Below are positions 56,914 through 64,000 of a DNA stretch of 64,000 nucleotides, in pieces. Every line of letters starts with the position of its first letter. Position 1 is the stretch's first letter. The position numbers and the translations under genes were made by a program. Source of the DNA: a virus; the IMG/VR virus record IMGVR_UViG_3300042344_000022, positions 4,969-68,968 of that record; one strand, written 5' to 3'. The notes under the pieces were generated by a model. It did no database searches, was not told where the DNA came from, and was given only the letters and a program-made list of their open reading frames with translations.

Positions 56914-57206
56914 TGGCTACTGAAAGTAATCCGTATCTGTCATTCGACGACAAAGAACTAACAGACGACTTTGGGTTTTCTTTTAGCAACGAAGATGATA
57001 TTGTAGCCGAGGCGGTAGCACCAGCGTCGGATGAGATTACAGACCTTAAAAAGAGGCTAGAGGCCATTCGTAAGATATACCTACCCCTATTACAGAACCT
57101 CGCTAAAAACTCCGATCAGCCCATTATCAAATGGCCGGATCGTGGTCCTGTGCTTAAAAAGCAGATTGATAAACTCACGATGCTAACGGAACCAGGATTC
57201 AAGTAG
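56913..57206 (+). CDS. Hypothetical protein
   Basis: DDFGFSF...YLPLLQNLAKNSD.PIIKWPDR; TAATG coupling. Confidence 0.75.
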   Translation: MATESNPYLSFDDKELTDDFGFSFSNEDDIVAEAVAPASDEITDLKKRLEAIRKIYLPLLQNLAKNSDQPIIKWPDRGPVLKKQIDKLTMLTEPGFK

Positions 57207-57290
57207 GCAGCTAACTAGATTTGCTTCGCAAATCATTCGCTTCGCTCATGGCTGCCTCTTGGCAGGAGGTTATTGGTTGGTTGGCTGCGA
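57204..57290 (-). ncRNA. Candidate structured small RNA or origin element transcribed from the antisense promoter
   Basis: Nested inverted repeats (AGGCAGC 57205-57211/GCTGCCT 57251-57257; GATTTGC-TTC-GCAAATC 57218-57234) immediately downstream of a consensus minus-strand promoter; no sizeable minus-strand ORF here. Confidence 0.4.
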
Positions 57291-57295
57291 AGCAC

Positions 57296-57324
57296 ATTAT
57301 AACCCAGTTCTAAAAATGTGTCAA
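57296..57324 (-). promoter_or_regulatory. Consensus sigma70 promoter on the minus strand
   Basis: Minus strand reads TTGACA-catttttagaactgggt (17 nt)-TATAAT. Confidence 0.88.
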
Positions 57325-57349
57325 GCCCTAATTTGAGGTTTTCTATAAA

Positions 57350-58114
57350 ATGTTTCACTTTTTTCACCGCACACCAGAGATTGTTCTAGATTGCTATACA
57401 AGCGATCAGAGTTTCTATGCCAACACCCCTATCATCAAATCAGGTAAAGCAATTCCAGAATGGTGGAGAGAACTAGAGCCTTATAAAGCAAAGTTCTATC
57501 AAGAAGGTGAAAATCCTTATCATCTAAACTCAAATGAGTTGACAGCACGGGATTGTTATGCTATTATAGAATTATATAAAGTTGGTGCTATACTAGAAAA
57601 CTGGTGTGATATCTCTTTTAGAACAGCGAACGGTGAATACAACTATTGGTATTCATCAGGACCTAAACCTGAAACGCATGATAGGAAACAGTTGGGTAAC
57701 TCATTCCCAGGCTATCATCATATCAAGTTGGTTAGTCCTTGGGTTATGAGAGAAAGAACTGGAGTCAAATTTATGTGGTTAGGCGCAGAGTGGTCGTTAC
57801 ATAACTATGATATTAAGGTCTTGCCAGGAATACTTAGTTTTGATATAGTAACAGCAATGAATGTGAATATCATGTTCCCTATGCATGATGATGAGTTTGT
57901 TCTTCCTGTCGGATTGCCTTTAGGGCAACTTGTTCCTTTGTCTGATAAGAGATTGAAGATCAACAATCATCTAGTCACGGAGCAAGAGTATAACAAACAT
58001 AGAATGAACTCATTTGGTGTTTCCTTTTACGGATGGCGAAGGGCATTGCAATTGAGAGAAAGAAACAAAGAGAGGGGAACATGCCCCTTTCATTCTGGAG
58101 ATACAGATGGCTAA
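57350..58114 (+). CDS. Hypothetical protein
   Basis: 254-aa ORF, GAGG RBS; IPEWWREL, HIKLVSPW, LPGIL, G.PLGQLVPLSD; overlaps the gp55 start. Confidence 0.75.
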   Translation: MFHFFHRTPEIVLDCYTSDQSFYANTPIIKSGKAIPEWWRELEPYKAKFYQEGENPYHLNSNELTARDCYAIIELYKVGAILENWCDISFRTANGEYNYWYSSGPKPETHDRKQLGNSFPGYHHIKLVSPWVMRERTGVKFMWLGAEWSLHNYDIKVLPGILSFDIVTAMNVNIMFPMHDDEFVLPVGLPLGQLVPLSDKRLKINNHLVTEQEYNKHRMNSFGVSFYGWRRALQLRERNKERGTCPFHSGDTDG

Positions 58115-58679
58115 GAAGAAGAAACACTATGTAGATAATGAAAAGTTTCTGCAAGAGATTAAAGAATACAAGAAACAATGTAAGATTGCAGAAGCCGAGG
58201 GTAAAGAAAAGCCTCGGCTTTCAGAGTATATTGGTCAGTGTATCTATCTTATCGCAGAGAACTTTGCACATAAGCCTCGTTTTATGAACTATTCGTTCAT
58301 CGATGAAATGAAGTCAGATGCTATTGAGAACTGCCTAATGTATTTTGACAACTTTGATTCCGACAAGTATAGCAATCCATTCGCATACTTCACACAGATC
58401 ATTTACTATGCTTTTCATCGCCGTATTAACAAAGAAGAAAAGAACCGCTATATAATGTATAAGAAGTTCCAAGAGAGTTTCATTCAGACAGGTAGTGTCG
58501 ATCAGCTATTAGATGGTGATGGCAATAACGTTATCACCCCTATGATGTATGATAACCTAAACCAGTTTATAGGAAATTTTGAAGCAAGAGAAGCAGAAAA
58601 GAAGAAGAAGCGCAAACTAGCTAAAGAGGGACTTGAAAAGTTTGTAGGAGAGGATGATGAAGGAAGAGAATCAGTTTGA
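58107..58679 (+). CDS. gp55: Late-transcription sigma factor gp55
   Basis: HYVDNEKFL, YIGQCIYLIAE, FMNYSFIDEMKSDAIENC, NPFAYFTQIIYYAF.RRI.KE. Confidence 0.95.
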   Translation: MAKKKKHYVDNEKFLQEIKEYKKQCKIAEAEGKEKPRLSEYIGQCIYLIAENFAHKPRFMNYSFIDEMKSDAIENCLMYFDNFDSDKYSNPFAYFTQIIYYAFHRRINKEEKNRYIMYKKFQESFIQTGSVDQLLDGDGNNVITPMMYDNLNQFIGNFEAREAEKKKKRKLAKEGLEKFVGEDDEGRESV

Positions 58680-58863
58680 GGTACCTTTTCAGGTGCAGAC
58701 ATTGATCACCACACTCAAAGATAAGAATGAACGTGTCCACGTTCGTGGTAACTATCGTCAGCGTTTAGACGCTATTCGACGTTCTATTGATAAGGCGATC
58801 TTTGACTATGATACCGAAATGGGCACCGTTCAGCCTCTACGATTTAAGAAGGGGCAGAGATAA
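58657..58863 (+). CDS. Small hypothetical protein
   Basis: GGAGAGG RBS; VRGNYRQRLDAIR; overlaps the gp55 end. Confidence 0.65.
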   Translation: MKEENQFEVPFQVQTLITTLKDKNERVHVRGNYRQRLDAIRRSIDKAIFDYDTEMGTVQPLRFKKGQR

Positions 58864-59045
58864 TGGATATGGATGATTTTGTCAAAGAGGTTGATCAGAA
58901 TATAGAATGGTTCTGTAATCGGATTGTTGAACCTGTTCCCATCGATAAGCAGAGCAAAGAAAAGATCATGCGTCGGATGATCAATCTCGGATGGCTTCGG
59001 GAGTCAGAGTTTGAAACCTATCAAGAGATTACCAAAGAAGATTGA
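58863..59045 (+). CDS. Small hypothetical protein
   Basis: 60-aa ORF with TAATG coupling. Confidence 0.6.
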   Translation: MDMDDFVKEVDQNIEWFCNRIVEPVPIDKQSKEKIMRRMINLGWLRESEFETYQEITKED

Positions 59046-59070
59046 CGAAATCATTTTTATGATATATACT
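59042..59070 (+). promoter_or_regulatory. Sigma70-type promoter for gp47
   Basis: TTGACG-17 nt-TATACT; same -35 hexamer as the uvsY promoter. Confidence 0.8.
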
Positions 59071-59108
59071 GTATCTTTGAACTTGCTATTAGACTTAAAG
59101 GATAGAAT

Positions 59109-60185
59109 ATGGCGCTGATTGCTATGCCTACCGATACACATGCCGGGGTCAGAAATGACAACCCGGCATTTCAGCAATACCAGAAACGTTGCTGGCAGTG
59201 GTTCTTTGACTACATTGACGAAAAACAAATCAAGCATGTCATTCATCTAGGTGATATATACGACCGACGCAAGTATGTGAATTTCATGTCCGCTAAACGT
59301 CTCCGTGAGGACTTCTTTGAGCCTCTAGCGGAACGTGACATTGAAACGCATATTATTGTCGGCAATCATGACATGTATTATAAAGATACACACGAGGTCA
59401 ACGCCCTAGAGGAAGTTGTCCGTGGTCGTTATTCTAATGTCCATATTCATTCTACCCCACAAGTTATCAACATTGACGGTCTAGACATACAGTTGATGCC
59501 TTGGATTACAGATAGTAATCGTCAAGAGGCACTAGACGCTATCAATAACCCCAAAGCAACTATCCTCATGGGACACCTTGAGTTGAACGGCTTTACTATG
59601 CACAGAGGATTGATCTCAGATCATGGCATGGATCGTAACGCATTTGATAAGTTCGATAAGGTTTTTTCAGGTCACTATCATCACCGTAGCACTGTTGGTA
59701 ACATATCCTATATTGGCGCTTTTGGCGAATATACTTGGCATGATTACAACGATCCCAGAGGTTTTTCGGTGCTTGACACGGAAACATCTGTTCTAGAGTT
59801 TATACAGAATCCCCACCGAATGTTTAGGATTGCTAAGTATGATGATGTTGCTAACCCAGAAATTGTGGAGAAGATTCAAAGAACTGACTTCTCAAAGTAT
59901 AAAGATAGTTACGTTAAGTTGGTTGTTGTTAATAAGTCTAACCCTTATGCTTTCGATCTACTTTTCGATAGTATCTATAAAGCAGGACCCCTCGACATTA
60001 CGGTTGTTGAGGATCCGTCGGTACTCTTAGAGAATGAAGATGCTGACGAGATTAACGAGGCAGAAGATACACCTACGATTCTCCGTAAGTATATCGACAC
60101 GCTAACGCTACCCTTAGATAGCGGCAGAACAAAATCGTTTATGATGGACATATACAACGAAGCCTTACAGGTTGAGACTGTATAA
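59109..60185 (+). CDS. gp47: Recombination nuclease gp47 (Mre11/SbcD-like)
   Basis: TDTHAG, HLGDIYDRR, VGNHD, MGHLE, FSGHYH metallophosphoesterase motifs. Confidence 0.95.
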   Translation: MALIAMPTDTHAGVRNDNPAFQQYQKRCWQWFFDYIDEKQIKHVIHLGDIYDRRKYVNFMSAKRLREDFFEPLAERDIETHIIVGNHDMYYKDTHEVNALEEVVRGRYSNVHIHSTPQVINIDGLDIQLMPWITDSNRQEALDAINNPKATILMGHLELNGFTMHRGLISDHGMDRNAFDKFDKVFSGHYHHRSTVGNISYIGAFGEYTWHDYNDPRGFSVLDTETSVLEFIQNPHRMFRIAKYDDVANPEIVEKIQRTDFSKYKDSYVKLVVVNKSNPYAFDLLFDSIYKAGPLDITVVEDPSVLLENEDADEINEAEDTPTILRKYIDTLTLPLDSGRTKSFMMDIYNEALQVETV

Positions 60186-60188
60186 ATA
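60181..60188 (+). promoter_or_regulatory. T4-type late promoter (TATAAATA) upstream of ftsH
   Basis: Exact consensus overlapping the gp47 stop, 26 nt before the ftsH ATG. Confidence 0.7.
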
Positions 60189-60214
60189 GTTTGATAACAC
60201 AATAGAGGTTCGAT

Positions 60215-61999
60215 ATGATAAAGAAACATTTACCTTGGGTTCTATTGATCTTGATGTCACTTGTATTAGTGTCATTCATTTTTGAAGGACCAAAACAGAA
60301 GGTCGTTTCCGAGATTGGCTACTCTGACTTTATTGCACAAGTCGATGCAGGCAGAGTTCATGACGTTACGATCATCGGTGAAAATGTGGTTGGCCACTTT
60401 ATGGACAATCGACAGTTTTCGACTACAGTTACCGGTCTCGGTAATCTGCTTCCCCGCCTAGAAACACATAAAGTAAATATCACAGTCAAAGAAGAAGGTG
60501 CAAATGGGTTTTGGGTTGGTCTGTTGATCAATCTACTTCCTGTTTTCTTGTTCTTTGGTCTTTGGCTTATGCTATCTCGCCGTTCAGGTGCAGGTGGTGG
60601 TGTCATGGGCTTGGGTAAGTCTAAGGCTAAACTACTCACTGAGGAACATGGTCGTAAGACATTTGAAGATGTTGCAGGTGTTGATGAAGCTAAAGAAGAT
60701 TTACAAGAGGTTGTAGAGTTTCTACAAGACCCACATAAGTTTGAACGCCTAGGTGGTAAAATCCCTAAGGGTGTTCTACTCGTTGGTCCTCCAGGTACAG
60801 GTAAGACACTACTTGCTCGTGCCGTTGCTGGTGAAGCGGGTGTTCCCTTCTTCTCTATCTCTGGTTCTGACTTTGTTGAAATGTTCGTGGGTGTGGGTGC
60901 TTCCCGTGTCCGTGATATGTTTGAACAGGCTAAGAAGAACGCACCATGCATTATCTTCATTGACGAAATCGATGCTGTTGGTCGTTCAAGAGCAAATGGT
61001 ATCTCAGGTAACGATGAACGTGACCAGACATTAAACGCTATGCTAGTTGAAATGGATGGCTTCAATGATAATCAAGGTATCATTATCATCGCAGCAACTA
61101 ACCGTGCTGACGTTCTAGATAAGGCTCTATTGCGTCCAGGTCGTTTTGATAGACAGATTCAAGTTCCTAATCCTGACTTCGTTGGTCGTGAAAAGATCCT
61201 GAAGGTACATACTCGCAAGGTGCCAGTTGGTCCTGATGTTGATCTAAAGCGAGTAGCAAAAGGCACGCCGGGCTTCTCTGGTGCTGACCTTGCTAATCTA
61301 GTCAATGAAGCCGCTCTACTAGCAGCAAGACGTTCAAAGCGTATTGTTACTGGTATGGAGTTTGAAGATGCTCGTGATAAGATCCTTATGGGTCCTGAAC
61401 GCCGCACTTTGATCATGAGCGATGAAGAAAAGAAGATGACTGCATATCACGAAGCCGGTCATGCTCTAGTATCAATCAACATGCCAGGTTCTGTTCCTAT
61501 TCACAAAGCAACAATCATCCCACGTGGTCGTGCTTTGGGTATGGTTCAGTCTCTACCAGAGCGTGATAAAATCTCCATGCACTATGATGAAATGATTGCC
61601 AATCTAGCAATGGCTATGGGTGGTCGTGTAGCAGAAGAAATGATCTTCGGTGATATGAAAGTATCTTCTGGTGCATCTGGTGACATTCAGATGGCAACTC
61701 AACTTGCTCGTTCAATGGTTACCGAATATGGTTTCTCTCCGAGACTAGGTAGAATGGCATACTCAACACCTAATGCTGATGTGTTCCATGCTCCTAAAGT
61801 TGCAGAAGAAACACAGAAGGCAGTTGATGAAGAAATCCTACGCTTAGTGGAAGAAGGATATGAAACTGCTTATAAAATTCTTACTAAGAAAAGAAAAGAC
61901 CTTGACAAACTAGCTAATGGTCTGCTAGAATATGAAACTCTATCCGGTGAAGAAATCACCGATCTACTAGAGGGTAAGATTCCAACCAGAGATTTTTGA
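60215..61999 (+). CDS. ftsH: ATP-dependent membrane zinc metalloprotease FtsH
   Basis: Two hydrophobic TM segments, [56 protein letters not shown]. Confidence 0.97.
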   Translation: MIKKHLPWVLLILMSLVLVSFIFEGPKQKVVSEIGYSDFIAQVDAGRVHDVTIIGENVVGHFMDNRQFSTTVTGLGNLLPRLETHKVNITVKEEGANGFWVGLLINLLPVFLFFGLWLMLSRRSGAGGGVMGLGKSKAKLLTEEHGRKTFEDVAGVDEAKEDLQEVVEFLQDPHKFERLGGKIPKGVLLVGPPGTGKTLLARAVAGEAGVPFFSISGSDFVEMFVGVGASRVRDMFEQAKKNAPCIIFIDEIDAVGRSRANGISGNDERDQTLNAMLVEMDGFNDNQGIIIIAATNRADVLDKALLRPGRFDRQIQVPNPDFVGREKILKVHTRKVPVGPDVDLKRVAKGTPGFSGADLANLVNEAALLAARRSKRIVTGMEFEDARDKILMGPERRTLIMSDEEKKMTAYHEAGHALVSINMPGSVPIHKATIIPRGRALGMVQSLPERDKISMHYDEMIANLAMAMGGRVAEEMIFGDMKVSSGASGDIQMATQLARSMVTEYGFSPRLGRMAYSTPNADVFHAPKVAEETQKAVDEEILRLVEEGYETAYKILTKKRKDLDKLANGLLEYETLSGEEITDLLEGKIPTRDF

Positions 62000-63720
62000 T
62001 GATAACTTTTCATTATGTTAAGTGGAAAAACTTTCTGTCCGCAGGTAATGTATGGACAGAGATTGAACTAGATACGCACAAGAATACTCTAATCATGGGA
62101 CACAATGGGTCGGGGAAGTCAACCTTCCTCGACGCATTGACTTTTGTGCTATTCGGGAAGCCTTTCCGTAAGGTTAATAAGGGCAACGTGGTCAACTCTA
62201 TCAACAATAAGAACTGTGAGGTTCAGATTGAGTTTACCTCATCTAACAAGCGATACAAAGTTATCCGTGGTGCCAAGCCCAACTTGTTTGAAATCTATTG
62301 TGAAGGTAATAAGGTCAATCAAGATGCCGCCGCAAAAGACTATCAAGAACATCTAGAGAAGAACATTCTGCGAATGAATTACAAGTCATTCACGCAGGTC
62401 GTTATTCTAGGCTCCGCATCGTTTGTTCCTTTCATGCAGCTATCATCTAATGATCGCCGTGCAGTCATTGAGGATTTGCTAGACATTCAAATCTTCACGG
62501 CTATGTCTAATGTGGTTAAGAACCGTCTCCAGATCAATAGAGAAGGTCTTGAGAAGAACCGTATTACATTGACAAGCAAGGAAGAGAACAAGACTTACAT
62601 TGAACAGACATTAGAATCCTTACGTGCTAACAGTGAGGAGAAGTTAAAAGAACTTAAAGCAAAGAAAGAGAACTTAGAACTTGATCTAAAGGTTCAAGAA
62701 GTTGGTGTTATCAATCATAATGCCCTACTTGAGAGAGCCTTAGAAAAGGATATCGATCTAACACCACTAAAGACTAAACACTCTAAACTCATTGGCTTCA
62801 AAGCCAAGATGGAAGGCAACCGTGAACGGGTAGTCAAGGAGAATTTCTTTTTCCGTGATAACGATACCTGTCCGACCTGTAAACAAAACATCCAAAATGA
62901 TTTCAAGGTCAAGGCAATGACCGAGAATGAAACCAAGATTGATGAACTCGACGAAGGACTAAATAAAGTTACCGACCAGATAGACTTGGTTCTATCAGAC
63001 ATAGAGAAAATTGATGAAGTTCTCACAAAGATCAACGAACTTAAAATGGGTCTTTCATCTGCTAAGTCTTCCTATAACCATATTGCTAATAATCTGCGTC
63101 AAGTTGTGGAGCAGATTGAATCCTTCACATCATCAGATAAAACAACGCAAGATAGCGAACGACAACTCGAAAGAGTGGAACATGATATTTCCGCCCTCCA
63201 AAAGGAGAAGGAGACCCTTTTAGATGAAAGACAATACATTGATCTTGCCACTACCCTACTCAAAGATGGTGGAATCAAGACGAAGATTATTAAACAATAT
63301 CTTCCTATCATCAACAAGCACATCAACAAATACTTGGCAAAACTGGGTTTCTTTGTCAACTTCAATATTAACGAATCCTTCGAAGAATCCATCAAGTCAA
63401 GATACAGAGACGAGTTCTCCTATCACAATTTCTCAGAGGGTGAGAAACTAAGAATTGACTTGGCTATTCTTCTAACATGGAGACAGATTGCCAAACTAAA
63501 GAATAGTGTCAATGTCAATATACTTGTGTTCGATGAAATCTTAGATCGTGCTATGGATGGTGCAGGTACGGACGAGTTTATCAAGATCATGTGGGAAATG
63601 GGTGACAAAGGAACAAATATCTTTGTCATTTCTCATAAGGATACAATGATCGATAGATTCCAGAGAACCATCAAGTTTGAGAAGGTAAAGAACTTTTCTA
63701 CTTTAACTAAGGAGCAATGA
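61999..63720 (+). CDS. gp46: Recombination ATPase gp46 (Rad50/SbcC-like)
   Basis: WKNFLSAGN, GHNGSGKST, CPTC hook, FSEGEK signature, VFDEILD, ISH; TGATG coupling to ftsH. Confidence 0.96.
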   Translation: MITFHYVKWKNFLSAGNVWTEIELDTHKNTLIMGHNGSGKSTFLDALTFVLFGKPFRKVNKGNVVNSINNKNCEVQIEFTSSNKRYKVIRGAKPNLFEIYCEGNKVNQDAAAKDYQEHLEKNILRMNYKSFTQVVILGSASFVPFMQLSSNDRRAVIEDLLDIQIFTAMSNVVKNRLQINREGLEKNRITLTSKEENKTYIEQTLESLRANSEEKLKELKAKKENLELDLKVQEVGVINHNALLERALEKDIDLTPLKTKHSKLIGFKAKMEGNRERVVKENFFFRDNDTCPTCKQNIQNDFKVKAMTENETKIDELDEGLNKVTDQIDLVLSDIEKIDEVLTKINELKMGLSSAKSSYNHIANNLRQVVEQIESFTSSDKTTQDSERQLERVEHDISALQKEKETLLDERQYIDLATTLLKDGGIKTKIIKQYLPIINKHINKYLAKLGFFVNFNINESFEESIKSRYRDEFSYHNFSEGEKLRIDLAILLTWRQIAKLKNSVNVNILVFDEILDRAMDGAGTDEFIKIMWEMGDKGTNIFVISHKDTMIDRFQRTIKFEKVKNFSTLTKEQ

Positions 63721-63722
63721 TA

Positions 63723-64000
63723 ATGTGTACCGTTTCTATGGTGACTGATTATTGGAACCAGAATGACCGGAATAAGTATAATGGTATTGCACAAGGTATT
63801 GGAGGTTTGAATTACAATCCAGTATCAAGAGCAGAGTTTGAACAACTCCGTAAGGAAATGTTAGAACTGAAAGAACTACTGAAATCCGCTAAGGCATATG
63901 ACGTTGCTACCAATCAGCATAATTGCGAAAAGGAAGAGAACGTTAAGGTCTTGATTAGAATAGCAAAAGCCTTAGATATTGACTTTGAAGATATTTTCAT
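63723..64000 (+). CDS. Hypothetical protein (3'-truncated by the window edge)
   Basis: AAGGAG RBS, then MCTVSMVTDYW...VSRAEFEQLRKEMLELKELLKSAKAYD...; frame is open to the end of the window. Confidence 0.7.
   Translation, partial: MCTVSMVTDYWNQNDRNKYNGIAQGIGGLNYNPVSRAEFEQLRKEMLELKELLKSAKAYDVATNQHNCEKEENVKVLIRIAKALDIDFEDIF

Noticed and set aside
57204-57290. tRNA gene in the structured intergenic region
   Set aside because: No T-loop (GTTCRA) or D-loop consensus, and no cloverleaf with a 7-nt anticodon loop on either strand.
60358-61065. 235-aa minus-strand ORF, and similar ones such as 51150-51650, 52868-53317 and 43002-43442
   Set aside because: They lie wholly antisense to well-conserved genes, have no recognisable motifs, and are best explained as shadow ORFs of biased codon usage.
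40426-63720. Introns, inteins or homing endonucleases in gp17, gp20, gp23, uvsW, gp47 or gp46
   Set aside because: These ORFs are continuous and of ordinary length, with no intein termini or LAGLIDADG, GIY-YIG or HNH motifs seen.
1-64000. Stop-codon reassignment
   Set aside because: Core genes are full length in the standard code, and TAA, TAG and TGA all end genes at expected positions (e.g. uvsW TAG, gp21 and gp3 TGA).

Overview
A 64 kb segment of a large T4-like (myovirus) phage genome. Almost all genes lie on the + strand. Gene order: baseplate (gp5 C-terminus, gp25, gp6, gp7, gp8, VrlC-like protein); a ~23 kb accessory block of mosaic tail-fibre/adhesin genes interleaved with three 2OG-Fe(II) oxygenases; neck, terminase and tail genes (gp13-gp19); head genes (gp20, enlarged gp67/gp68-like proteins, gp21, gp22, gp23); gp3, uvsY, uvsW, gp55, gp47, a phage-borne full-length FtsH, and gp46. 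Late promoters carry a TAAATA core; three sigma70-type promoters and two hairpin terminators are visible. The layout resembles the cyanophage/alphaproteobacterial branch of T4-like phages (no recognisable gp9-gp12, wac or gp24 here). Most notable: (1) a virion-wide [A/S/G]-Asn motif enrichment together with fibre-adhesin-hydroxylase cassettes, suggesting post-translational decoration of the particle; (2) polyprotein-like head proteins whose cationic/glycine-zipper modules are separated by apparent gp21 cleavage sites; (3) a consensus antisense promoter firing into a GCGAAGC-hairpin element; (4) FtsH behind a late promoter inside the gp47-gp46 pair. All assignments come from reading the sequence and from synteny; no database searches were run.
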